Shown here: positions 6,600 through 15,940 of the stretch, one piece after another
Position numbering within the stretch: the stretch's first letter is position 1
Layout of the letters: each line of letters starts with the position of its first letter
DNA from: an uncultured Clostridia bacterium
GTDB taxonomy: Bacteria > Bacillota > Clostridia > Christensenellales > CAG-917
Assembly (NCBI GenBank): GCA_944372795.1
Contig: CALWAF010000005.1
Location: 489-64,488, forward strand
DNA length: 64,000 bases
Direction of reading: 5' to 3'
The notes under the pieces: model-generated
What the model saw: the letters and a program-made list of their open reading frames with translations, nothing else
Told to the model about the DNA's origin: nothing
Databases searched by the model: none
Program-made: the position numbers and the translations under genes

Positions 6600-9113
6600 T
6601 CACTTCAGATCGCCCCAATTCTTCGCCGATGCGGTCTCGGCAATGAGAGGCACGCGCAGCTTCGCCGCGCCCTCCATCTCCTCTTTGAGTATTTTTTTCA
6701 CCTCTTCCGCCTCGTCTTCGGCGGCGTCCACGATGAGCTCGTCGTGGATCTGCAGGATCATCTTCGATCTCATGCCGCGCAGCCGCTTTTCGACCGCGAG
6801 CATGGCGAGCTTGACGACATCCGCCGCCGACCCTTGAAGGGGGGTGTTGCGCGCCATACGCTCCGCCGCGGAACGCATGAGATAGTTGGAGGAAGTGATC
6901 TCTTTGAGGTTTCTCCGCCTGCCGAGCATGGTCAGGGAATAACCGTTCTCGCGCGCGAAGGCGACGTTGCGCTCCATATATTCCTTCACCTCGGGATAGG
7001 TGGCAAAATAGCGCTCGATGAATTCCTTCGCCTTGTATACGGGGATCGAGAGGTTCTCCGAAAGCCCGAAATCGCTCATGCCGTAGATGATGCCGAAGTT
7101 GACCGCCTTCGCATCTCTGCGCTGTGCGGGCGTCACCTCGCTCTGCGGGATGCCGAGGATCTTGGACGCGGTGAGCGCGTGTATGTCCTCGGAGTTGTTG
7201 TACGCCTCGATGAGCTTCTCGTCGCCGCTCAAATGCGCGAGCATCCGAAGCTCTATCTGCGAGTAGTCCGCCGACACCAGCACGCAGCCCTCCGACGCCG
7301 TAAACGCGCTCTTGACGTCCTTTGCCTCCTCCCCTCTCACGGGGATGTTCTGCAAATTTGGGTTGGCGGACGAAAGCCTGCCCGTCGCGGTGATGCACTG
7401 GTTGAACTCGGTGTGTATGCGTCCCCTGTTCACGAGAGGCTGCATACCCGTGACGTAGGTGCCGAGCAGCTTCGCAAAATGCCGCCACTCAAGCACCAAC
7501 CCGATGACGGGATGCTCGTCTTTGAGCCCTGCAAGAACGTCTTCGCTGACCGACCAACCCGTCTTGGTCTTCTTGCCGTGCTTGAGCCCGAGGCGGTCGA
7601 AGAGCACCTCCCCCAGCTGTTTGGGCGACGCGATGTTGAACGTCGTGCCCGCTGCGGCATATACGGCGTCCGCAAGCGCGGACAACTTCCCTTCGTACTT
7701 GATCTTGAGCTCGTCGAGTTTTGCCGCATCCACGGCGATGCCCCGCTCTTCCATGGCGGCGAGCACGGGCACGAGGGGTTGCTCGACCTCGAAAAACAAT
7801 TTTGAGAGCCCCTGCCTTTCAAGCTCTTTCTCCGCCTCTGCCGCATAGCGGAACATCTCTGCCGCGCCGACGTCATAGCCCTCGGCGCCGAGCACCGCCT
7901 CTACGGATTTGATGGGCGCGCTGCCCCTTGTTAGATGCGCCGCGATCATGATGTCGAAAAACCCGGACGGCTCCAAGCCGTAACGTTTGGAGAGCGACTT
8001 GAAGTCGTAGCAGACGAGAGTGCGTCCCCGCACCAGCTCCTTCACGGCGGCGACGGCGTCGTCGAAGGTCATCCCGTCGGAGAAGAGATCCTCCGCACAT
8101 TCGACGGAATACTCCGTCTCGCCGTCGAAGGAAAAGCTCACGCTCTCACCTATCGTGACGGCGACGCGGTCGCCCGAAGCGCGGGAGGCGACTTCCTCCG
8201 CGCTTTTTAAGACGACGACCTTCTTTTCAAACGAACGCGAAGGGGCTTCGCCCTCCCCGCCTTCGAAGGTCATACGCGCAGCAATTGAATTGAGCTCCAG
8301 CTCCGCAAGGCGTTGCCTGACGCTCTCGGGATACACTCCCGCAAAGCGCAGATCCTCCTCCGAGACCTCGAGCGGAACGTGCTTCTCTATGGTGGCAAGA
8401 GTGCGCGAAAGGTGGGCGATCTCGCGGCTCGCGGCGAGAGTCTCGCCCAGCTTGCCTTTGATCTCACCCGCATGATCGAGCACTTCATCAAGCGTTTTGT
8501 ATTGTTCAAGCAAGGCTTTTGCGGTTTTCTCCCCAACACCCGGCACTCCCGGGATGTTGTCGCTCGGGTCTCCGCGCAAAGCTTTGAAGTCGATGTAACT
8601 CTCCGGAGTGAAGCCGTCGGCGGCAAGTCTCGCGAGGTCGATGATCTCCACGTCGCTCACGCCCTTCTTCGTCCAGAATATCCGTGTGGTGGGGCTGACC
8701 AATTGGAAGCTGTCGCGGTCGCCCGTGAGGATGACCGTGTCCTCGTCGGACACCACCGAAAGCGTGCCGAGGATGTCGTCCGCCTCGTAGCCCTCCTTGC
8801 TCACCACGGGCACGCGCATGAGTTTGAGCAGCTCTTTAAGAGGCTCGAACTGTTCCGCAAGCTCGGCGTCCATGGGCTTTCTTGTGCCTTTATATGGGGC
8901 GTACAGTTTGTGGCGGAAAGTGGGCGCTTTGAGGTCGAATGCCGCCGCGACGTGCGTCGGGGACAGCTCTTTGACTATGCGCAGAAAAATGGTCAGAAAA
9001 CCGTATATCGCGCCCGTGTACACACCCTTCGATGTCTTGAGATTGGGCAGAGCGTGATAGGCGCGATGTACTATGCTGTTTGCGTCGATAAGAAGCAGCG
9101 TCTTTTTGTCCAT
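6600..9113 (-). CDS. polA: DNA polymerase I
   Basis: 837 aa. 5'-3' exonuclease N-terminus (LLLIDANSIVHRAYHAL). Polymerase motifs DYSQIELR, RRDAKAVNFGIIYG and QIHDELIV. Confidence 0.95.
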   Translation of the reverse strand: MDKKTLLLIDANSIVHRAYHALPNLKTSKGVYTGAIYGFLTIFLRIVKELSPTHVAAAFDLKAPTFRHKLYAPYKGTRKPMDAELAEQFEPLKELLKLMRVPVVSKEGYEADDILGTLSVVSDEDTVILTGDRDSFQLVSPTTRIFWTKKGVSDVEIIDLARLAADGFTPESYIDFKALRGDPSDNIPGVPGVGEKTAKALLEQYKTLDEVLDHAGEIKGKLGETLAASREIAHLSRTLATIEKHVPLEVSEEDLRFAGVYPESVRQRLAELELNSIAARMTFEGGEGEAPSRSFEKKVVVLKSAEEVASRASGDRVAVTIGESVSFSFDGETEYSVECAEDLFSDGMTFDDAVAAVKELVRGRTLVCYDFKSLSKRYGLEPSGFFDIMIAAHLTRGSAPIKSVEAVLGAEGYDVGAAEMFRYAAEAEKELERQGLSKLFFEVEQPLVPVLAAMEERGIAVDAAKLDELKIKYEGKLSALADAVYAAAGTTFNIASPKQLGEVLFDRLGLKHGKKTKTGWSVSEDVLAGLKDEHPVIGLVLEWRHFAKLLGTYVTGMQPLVNRGRIHTEFNQCITATGRLSSANPNLQNIPVRGEEAKDVKSAFTASEGCVLVSADYSQIELRMLAHLSGDEKLIEAYNNSEDIHALTASKILGIPQSEVTPAQRRDAKAVNFGIIYGMSDFGLSENLSIPVYKAKEFIERYFATYPEVKEYMERNVAFARENGYSLTMLGRRRNLKEITSSNYLMRSAAERMARNTPLQGSAADVVKLAMLAVEKRLRGMRSKMILQIHDELIVDAAEDEAEEVKKILKEEMEGAAKLRVPLIAETASAKNWGDLK

Positions 9114-9116
9114 ATA

Positions 9117-9923
9117 TCACTTCGCGGCTGCCGCTTCCGCCTCGGTGATGATGCGCATGGCGTCGGCGTAACCCAGCTGCTTTAAGTTCTCTATGCGCTC
9201 GGGCGAGAACGCCATTGCCCTGCCGAGGTTGGCGGACGGGGTTATGTAGATTATGTCCAGATCGTCACGCTCTATCCTGCGCTTGGGCTGTTTGGTCTCC
9301 GGATTGGTGCGCACTACGATCATCTCCTTACAGCCCGTGCGGGCGAGCAGGTTGATGGGCATATTGTCGTAGACGCCGCCGTCGATGAACTTCTTGCCGT
9401 CGATCTGCTTGGGCGGGAAGATGGGGAAACACGCCGACGCCACGATATAGTCGATGAGTTTGCCCTGCGGGATGTCCTTTTTCATCGCCTCGAAGGGCAC
9501 CATGTCGGAGATGTTGTAGGTGACGCAGCCGAAGTCGATGTCGCTGGAGCGGATCTCTTCCTCGCTCAAACGGTTGTAGACGAAATTCAGAGTATGCTCG
9601 TAGGAGTTTTTGATTATCTCGCGGGCGGAAAGCAGTTTTTTGCCCGTGGCGACGATGAGATCCAGGTCAAAATCCTTCTGCCTGAAACGCGCGACGGTCT
9701 CGTCGTCGAAGTCGAAGACGGGACAATACTTCGCCTCCTCCCAATAGCCCGCGAGCTTTTCTATGCCCTGCGACGCCATCACCGCTCCGTTGAGCGCGCC
9801 GATGGACGTCCCCGTGATCGAATGGAACGTGTAACCTTTTTCAATGAGCGCGATCAGCGCTCCGAGCTCGTAGGCGCCTTTTACGCCGCCGCCCTCAAGA
9901 ACAAGTCCTACGCTTTTTGACAT
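9117..9923 (-). CDS. Patatin-like phospholipase
   Basis: GLVLEGGGVKGAYELG (oxyanion Gly-rich motif), GTSIGA (GxSxG) and DGGVYDN (catalytic Asp). I prefer ATG 9923 (RBS agagggga) over the tracked start at 9947. Confidence 0.8.
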   Translation of the reverse strand: MSKSVGLVLEGGGVKGAYELGALIALIEKGYTFHSITGTSIGALNGAVMASQGIEKLAGYWEEAKYCPVFDFDDETVARFRQKDFDLDLIVATGKKLLSAREIIKNSYEHTLNFVYNRLSEEEIRSSDIDFGCVTYNISDMVPFEAMKKDIPQGKLIDYIVASACFPIFPPKQIDGKKFIDGGVYDNMPINLLARTGCKEMIVVRTNPETKQPKRRIERDDLDIIYITPSANLGRAMAFSPERIENLKQLGYADAMRIITEAEAAAAK

Positions 9924-10003
9924 CGGATCCCCTCTTTTTACGCGCATACGCGCAAAATCATCTGTAAATAAGTTTAATAAATAACGCGCGCCGTGTCAAG
10001 CGC

Positions 10004-10032
10004 AAAAAAAGCCGCTCCCCGAAGGGAGCGGC
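10004..10032 (-). terminator. Rho-independent terminator ending the ABC/Big_2 operon
   Basis: GCCGCTCCC (10011-10019) pairs with GGGAGCGGC (10024-10032). On the bottom strand a run of 7 T follows, 22 nt after the stop at 10054. Confidence 0.75.
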
Positions 10033-10053
10033 GGAATTTGCGGTTCGCCGAGA

Positions 10054-12957
10054 TCAGTCGGCGTGCATCCTGTCGATGAACCTGTTGTTGATGGTGTAGG
10101 TCGTGCCGGGCTGGATGGAAGTCTCGTCCGTGGTGTAGCACCACACTCTGACCGCGTTGGAGGCATTCAGGACGGCTCCCAAGCCGGGGATGTCCTCCGT
10201 GGTGAGCTCCGTAAAGCGATCGTCCTCGAACTCGGGCTCCAGATAACTCCTTTCGGTGAGCCCCGTGGACACGAAGCCGAAGTGGACGTATTCCGTTCCG
10301 GCGTAGTGCTTGACATACATCGTGAAATCGCTCTCGGGGTTTGCAAGTATCTCTCCCAAACTACCCATGACAGCGGAGACGAGTCCGCCCGCGCTGCCCA
10401 TGCTGGAAGTGTCAAGCAGGCTCAGATTGTCGATGGGCTGCCAGTTGTAGATGTCGAGATAACCTGTCTGGATGAGCTGCGATTTGTAGCCCTTTTCCAG
10501 CGCCAACTCGTAGTACTTTTTGCCGGTGACGGGATCGGTCGCCGCACCCATATATTCTTCGTTCCTGTCGGAGAAGCGGTTGAAATGGAAGCTCATGCCC
10601 GTGCCGATCATGTTGGACATGGTGACGTTGTGGGTGCGGAGTATGCTGTACTTCACGTCGCCGGGAGTGCTCTCGAGCTGCTGATCACACACGCGGTCGA
10701 TGCTGGTGGGCACATAGATGCCCGTGCCGCCGGTGTTGCGGATGACGACACCGTCAAGGGTGCAGTCAACGCCGTGCAATCCCAGCCCGCTGGACGCGTT
10801 TTGCAGGATGGAGTACTCCACTCTGCACACGGTGAGATCGCCGTTGACGAATTCCTGATTGGGATCGTGCGTAGCCATGTTGCTGTGTTGTCCCAGCGTA
10901 CGCATATGCAACGCATAGCCTTTGAGTCCCTGTGCGCCTTCCGCATTGGTGATCTCGTCGCCGATGTCGTAGTTGGGTGTGATGGTGACGTTGCTGACCA
11001 CGGCGTCCTGCTCTCTCACGATGACGAGCGCGCCGTTATAAGCGACCATGAAGGAGCGGCAGGCATAGATGATGTGATTGTTGCCGTAAAGGCTGCAGCA
11101 TATCTCCGCCTCATAGGGCTCGACTTGCAGCTGTGCCTTCTTTTCCTCGTAAACGGTGATGAGTGGCTCGCCCGTCTCGAGGTCGCAGTAGGCGATGTCG
11201 GAGCCGAGCACGATGTCGCCGTCATACGCGGGCTCGCGATCCTCGTACACCCAGTCGAAGTCGTCCAGCCCATCGCCCTTGTATTTGTTGAAATACTGCG
11301 TGGCGCGCGCCGCGACGAAGAACTCGTTTGCGTCGTTGACCTCGACGGCGGGGATGACGGTCAGAGTGAGCGTCTGCGCCGCAACGGAAGCGTTCCTCGG
11401 ATAACGCGCGGAAACCTTGACGGTGATGTCCGTGCGCTCCGTAATATTCTCCGCATTGAAGACGAGCATGTTGCCTTCAAAGTGCGCGATGTCTGTCTTG
11501 TCGACCTCGAAGACGAAGTCGTCATAGAACCCCGCTGCTTCCTCTTCGTCGGTGGGAGGCGCGGGCAAAGCTATCTCTATCCCGAACACATTGTCGACAA
11601 AGTACGTCATCCCGCTCTCGTACGCGGCAGGGTCGGAGACGTCGGCATCGGGATCGAAGCGGTATGCCGCAAAAACGGTCTCGCGGGCGAGCCCGACGCG
11701 CAAAGAGCTGTCGTCGAGAGCGAGACGGAATATCGAGATCTTGCTGACGACGCGCAGCACGACGGACTGTGTGACACCGGCGTAAGTTGCACGGATCTCC
11801 GTTTCACCTTCCGAAACCGCCGTCACAACACCGTTTTCGTCCACTGTCGCCACATCGGGAGCGGAAGAAGACCACTCTGCCGCAAGCTCGCCGGTCCGCC
11901 CTCCGATGTCGGCAAGCGAGACCGCATCGAGGTCGAGGGGTATCTCGCCTATGCCGAGCGCATAGGGGATCTCCGCATCCTCGTTGTAGCCGAAGAATTC
12001 AGCATCGGCGATGACGAAATCGTCCTCGCCGCAGACGATGAAGGTCACGTCTCCGCCCGCGGTCGAGACCACTGCGCGGGAGACGCCCGCGTCGATGGTG
12101 AGCACACCGTCCGAGACGGTGCAGCCCTCTTTTGCGGAGGCGTCGGCTATGCCGACATCCGCGAGCCTCACCGTGCGGGAGACCGTGTGTACGGTGTCGC
12201 CGAAGCTGCTCACTCCGCGCGTGACTGCCACGACGAATCCTTCGCTGCTCACCCAAAGATCCTCGGACTCGGCGTCTTCCGCGGCCTCTGCCGCTTTGTC
12301 TTTGCGGGCGGACATGGTGATGACTGCCTCGCCCTCACCCACCGCCGTGACGATGCCGTTGGCGTCCACGGTGGCGACGCTCTCATCCGAAGAGTGCCAT
12401 CTGCCCGCGGTGACTATGCTGCCTGCGGGGGTATAGACGGGAGAAAGCATGGTCTTCTCGCCCGTTGTAAGACTGTCCTCGCCAATGAGCGTGATGCTCT
12501 CCACATCGGCGTCTGTCACCTCGACGATGACGTCGTCGGAGTGTCCTTCCGCGGTGACGGACACTCTGAATGTGCAGTAAGCGGTGAATTCGACCAGCCC
12601 GGAGGTGTTGGAATCGACGGGAGTGTAAGTTCCGCCGTCCACGTCCACGAGTTGGGCGCCCGGCATTTCGGGGTCGGAGCTCTCGAGGGAAGTCTTGTCG
12701 ATCTGCCACTCGACGGTCTTATTCTGCGCGCGCTCGGGCAGGACGGTGACGGTCATATAGTTGTCGAGATCGACGACCTTCCTGCCGTTTTCGTCCAAAG
12801 GCACCTCGGAGAACATGATGCGCACCACGTCCTCATCTATGGACACGCTCTCCACGCCTATATACGCCTGCGTGGAAACAAAAGAAGTGACAAGCCCAAC
12901 GATCAGCATGATGATGATGGGAATGATCACCAAAACTCCGAGCATTATCTTTTTCAT
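10054..12957 (-). CDS. N-terminally membrane-anchored surface protein with Big_2-type Ig-like repeats and a C-terminal parallel beta-helix-like region (paralog 2 of 2)
   Basis: 967 aa. Single N-terminal TM segment (MKKIMLGVLVIIPIIIMLIVGLV). Big_2-like segments (SSDESVATVDANGIVTAVGEGEAVITMSA; SSAPDVATVDENGVVTAVSEGETEIRATY). Beta-helix-like repeats (CTLDGVVIRNTGGTGIYV, THNVTMSNMIGTGMSF). It shares N- and C-termini with the upstream paralog. Confidence 0.8.
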   Translation of the reverse strand: MKKIMLGVLVIIPIIIMLIVGLVTSFVSTQAYIGVESVSIDEDVVRIMFSEVPLDENGRKVVDLDNYMTVTVLPERAQNKTVEWQIDKTSLESSDPEMPGAQLVDVDGGTYTPVDSNTSGLVEFTAYCTFRVSVTAEGHSDDVIVEVTDADVESITLIGEDSLTTGEKTMLSPVYTPAGSIVTAGRWHSSDESVATVDANGIVTAVGEGEAVITMSARKDKAAEAAEDAESEDLWVSSEGFVVAVTRGVSSFGDTVHTVSRTVRLADVGIADASAKEGCTVSDGVLTIDAGVSRAVVSTAGGDVTFIVCGEDDFVIADAEFFGYNEDAEIPYALGIGEIPLDLDAVSLADIGGRTGELAAEWSSSAPDVATVDENGVVTAVSEGETEIRATYAGVTQSVVLRVVSKISIFRLALDDSSLRVGLARETVFAAYRFDPDADVSDPAAYESGMTYFVDNVFGIEIALPAPPTDEEEAAGFYDDFVFEVDKTDIAHFEGNMLVFNAENITERTDITVKVSARYPRNASVAAQTLTLTVIPAVEVNDANEFFVAARATQYFNKYKGDGLDDFDWVYEDREPAYDGDIVLGSDIAYCDLETGEPLITVYEEKKAQLQVEPYEAEICCSLYGNNHIIYACRSFMVAYNGALVIVREQDAVVSNVTITPNYDIGDEITNAEGAQGLKGYALHMRTLGQHSNMATHDPNQEFVNGDLTVCRVEYSILQNASSGLGLHGVDCTLDGVVIRNTGGTGIYVPTSIDRVCDQQLESTPGDVKYSILRTHNVTMSNMIGTGMSFHFNRFSDRNEEYMGAATDPVTGKKYYELALEKGYKSQLIQTGYLDIYNWQPIDNLSLLDTSSMGSAGGLVSAVMGSLGEILANPESDFTMYVKHYAGTEYVHFGFVSTGLTERSYLEPEFEDDRFTELTTEDIPGLGAVLNASNAVRVWCYTTDETSIQPGTTYTINNRFIDRMHAD

Positions 12958-13072
12958 AATTCCCTATCCTTCGGCGGCACCGCGCACCGCGCGCGAAACT
13001 GCCGTTCTTGATTTATGCGGTCGCTGCGGCGCGCATATGCACGCCGCAGCGTCTTCGCCCCCGCACGGGCGG

Positions 13073-15916
13073 TCAGTCTTGGTTTGCGCCTGCGTGCAGA
13101 CGGTCTATCAGCCTGCTGTTGACGGTGTAGGTCGAGCCGGGGGTGAGATCGGTGGTGTCGTCATCATAACCCCAGACATGGAGAGGATTCGTGAGCAGGT
13201 TGCCGACAAAGGGGATCCCGCCCAAAGCATTACCTATGTTTTTGATGTTCGTAAGGTCGCTGCTGGTGTAGTGCTTGAACCTCTTGTCCTCCATGGTCAT
13301 GTTCCAGCTCACCTCGTCGAGGTCCGCGTACTCTTCGGTGCCCACGATCTTGCCCTCCCCGTCCACCTGTCTGCCGTCGGGCAAATAGCCGTAGGTGATC
13401 TTGGTGGGAGCCGCAAGCCCCATGGATATGAAGCCGAGGTGCAAATAGGTCACGCCGCCGTAATCTCGCCTGTACGGCTCAAGGAACGAGTCTTCCGAGA
13501 ATGTGTCTCTGATGAAAGTGAACAGCACGTCTTTCAGTCCCATAAATTCCTTCCCCAGAGCCTCTTCGAGCGTATCATCGGGGATGAGGGTGAGGGCATC
13601 CTCGGGCTGCCAGTTGTAGATGTCGAAGAAGCCCTTCTGCGTGAAGGTGGAGCGCGTCGTTGCGTCTTCGACGTAATAGTTGTTGTTGTAGTCGAAGTTG
13701 ATGGCGGTGCCGACCATGTTGGACATCACGCAGTTGGTCATCGTGAGGTTGTTGTAATGCTGAAGCGTCACGTTGTTGCCCGCGTTCTCCCGCACATTGC
13801 GGACGTGGATCGCCACGCCGCTCGTATTGCGCATGATGCAGCCTTCGATCTCGACTTCCGCGCCGGAGAGCTGGATGAGAGTGGTCGCATTCTCCATCAG
13901 GCAATACTCTATCCTCGCCCCCTTGATCTGGGTGACCTCGTCGCCCTCGCCCGTCGTCCTGCGCCTTGCGCTGACATTGTACTTGATGCAATAGCCGGCG
14001 GAGAAGGTGCTGGCGTCGTTGATGGTCAGATCGCCGCCCTCGATCTCCTCATCCGAAAACGCGTTGGGGCGCATGGTGAGATTGGAGATGAGAACGTCGT
14101 CCGCATAAACTTGGAAGAAGGGCTCCGTCTTGCCGACGAACTGATCCTTCTCGGCTTCGATGGTGAAACCGTTGCCGTAGACGTTGTTGTAGGTGTAGAT
14201 GTTGCTGGTCTTCGTGAAGTTGCCTTCGGCATCCTTATTGGAATTATTCTCCATGTGGATGTCATTGAGCAGCACCGTTGCCTTGCGGTCGGTCTGCTGC
14301 GCCTGACGCAGCTCGGGATCGGAAGTGACGCCGATGGCGTCCGCCACGGTCATCGTGAAGGATGCCGTGGTGTAGTCGGGCAGATTGGCGTACTTGGGAT
14401 ATTTTGCCTTGACGGTGATGACGATGTCGATCTTCTCTCCCCTCTCCAGCTCCTTCGCGATGGCTGCGGAGTTGAAGGTCATGAGGTTGTTGAGGATGCC
14501 GTCCTTGCTCTCGGTGTTGAACCACACGAGGTCGGGACGGGAAGCGGAAAACTCGAATGCTTCATAGAAGCTCTCCGCGTCCTCACCTTCGTACATGGCG
14601 GGATAAAGGACGCCGACGGAGAAAGTGTTGTCGACAAGTCCGCCGCCGTCATCATACTTCATGGATGCGAACACGGTCTCGCGGGCAAGTCCGACCTCGA
14701 GAGAGGCGTCGGTCACGGCACCCACGAGCACCGCGACTTTGCGCTGCACCTCGAGAGAGAGCGTAGCGGTCAGTCCGTCCGCAGTCTGTGCGGAGACGGT
14801 GACCGTGCCGCTGGACAGACCCTTGACCACGCCGTTCTTATCCACGGTTGCGACCGTGTCGTCGGATATGCTCCATGTGACCTCGATCTCCTCGCCGCGT
14901 CTAAACACCGAAGCGTATCTTGCGGTGAGATAGAGAGGCTCGCCGTTCACCTCGAGGATATAATCCCCGAGCACGCCGCTCTCCACGATCTCGATGTCGT
15001 CCTCTCCGCAGAGGTTGACGGTGAGTATCTCGCCCGTCTTCATGACGACCGTCGCCACAGTCGCGTCCTCGGCAAAGGAGAAGATGTCACCGTTGAGGGT
15101 GAATCCCGTGCCGAACGTCGAGTCCACCTCGGAGGCGTCCACGCCGATGTCGGAGAGCGCGAAAGAGGACTTGTGCACGCCGATGATGTCGCCGTAGGCA
15201 CTGACGCCCGCGGACACAGTGACGGTCATCTCGTTGCACTCTATCTCCTTGCCCTCGGAGTTTTTGGCGACGTAGATCACTCCCACTTCGCCTTCGTGGC
15301 GTCCGGTGATGATGCCGTTGCGGTCGATGGTGATCGCGCTGCTGTCCGAAGTGATCACCCACTCACCACCCTCGACGATGCCGTCCAAGGGAGTGAACTG
15401 CGGGGTGACGATCTTGCTCTCCCCCACTTTCAGGGTGAGCGTCTCGGGGAGCTCGATCTTCGTGACGTCGCCGCCCACCACCACGGAACAGGTGTCCGTA
15501 TAGGTCTCCGCCCTCACGGTGAGGTCGAAGTTGCAATATACATTCGCGCGTATGCTTCCGCCCGCACCCACGCTGTCGACGTGGTTGCCGTTTGCGTCCA
15601 GCAGCTCGACATACCAAAATCCGTTCTTGCCGTTGTCGGAATCTTGGAAGTTGGCGTCGCGGCTGCGCACGTTGCTGATCTCCCACTCGTAAGACTTGTT
15701 CTGTGCCATTTCGGGGAGCACGGTCACTTCGAACAGACCGCCCTCGCCGTCCAGCTTGTAGACCTCTTCGAGGGTGATTGTCGCCTCATGTTTGTCAAGA
15801 GTCACGCTCTCCACGCCGATGTACGCGTTGACGGACACGAAAGTGGTCACGAGTCCGACGACGAGCAACACCACCAACGGGATGAGGATGAGGATGCCGA
15901 CCATTACTTTTTTCAT
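13073..15916 (-). CDS. N-terminally membrane-anchored surface protein with Big_2-type repeats and a beta-helix-like region (paralog 1 of 2)
   Basis: 947 aa. It starts MKKVMVGILILIPLVVLLVVGLVTTFVSVNAYIGVESV, against MKKIMLGVLVIIPIIIMLIVGLVTSFVSTQAYIGVESV in the paralog. The C-terminus GSTYTVNSRLIDRLHA compares with GTTYTINNRFIDRMHA. Beta-helix-like repeats are IEGCIMRNTSGVAIHV and LTMTNCVMSNMVGTAINF. RBS aggagg. Confidence 0.8.
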   Translation of the reverse strand: MKKVMVGILILIPLVVLLVVGLVTTFVSVNAYIGVESVTLDKHEATITLEEVYKLDGEGGLFEVTVLPEMAQNKSYEWEISNVRSRDANFQDSDNGKNGFWYVELLDANGNHVDSVGAGGSIRANVYCNFDLTVRAETYTDTCSVVVGGDVTKIELPETLTLKVGESKIVTPQFTPLDGIVEGGEWVITSDSSAITIDRNGIITGRHEGEVGVIYVAKNSEGKEIECNEMTVTVSAGVSAYGDIIGVHKSSFALSDIGVDASEVDSTFGTGFTLNGDIFSFAEDATVATVVMKTGEILTVNLCGEDDIEIVESGVLGDYILEVNGEPLYLTARYASVFRRGEEIEVTWSISDDTVATVDKNGVVKGLSSGTVTVSAQTADGLTATLSLEVQRKVAVLVGAVTDASLEVGLARETVFASMKYDDGGGLVDNTFSVGVLYPAMYEGEDAESFYEAFEFSASRPDLVWFNTESKDGILNNLMTFNSAAIAKELERGEKIDIVITVKAKYPKYANLPDYTTASFTMTVADAIGVTSDPELRQAQQTDRKATVLLNDIHMENNSNKDAEGNFTKTSNIYTYNNVYGNGFTIEAEKDQFVGKTEPFFQVYADDVLISNLTMRPNAFSDEEIEGGDLTINDASTFSAGYCIKYNVSARRRTTGEGDEVTQIKGARIEYCLMENATTLIQLSGAEVEIEGCIMRNTSGVAIHVRNVRENAGNNVTLQHYNNLTMTNCVMSNMVGTAINFDYNNNYYVEDATTRSTFTQKGFFDIYNWQPEDALTLIPDDTLEEALGKEFMGLKDVLFTFIRDTFSEDSFLEPYRRDYGGVTYLHLGFISMGLAAPTKITYGYLPDGRQVDGEGKIVGTEEYADLDEVSWNMTMEDKRFKHYTSSDLTNIKNIGNALGGIPFVGNLLTNPLHVWGYDDDTTDLTPGSTYTVNSRLIDRLHAGANQD

Positions 15917-15940
15917 AATCCAGACCTCCTTCTCACTCCG

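Noticed and set aside
9117-9923. Patatin-like phospholipase as a defence (CBASS-type) effector
   Set aside because: It is a stand-alone gene of normal size with core-genome composition, directly upstream of polA-coaE. No cyclase, sensor or other defence-associated neighbour is present. It looks like the housekeeping YlbK-type patatin.
10063-13011. A 982-aa top-strand ORF
   Set aside because: It is antisense to the 967-aa Big_2/beta-helix gene. The reasoning is the same as above.
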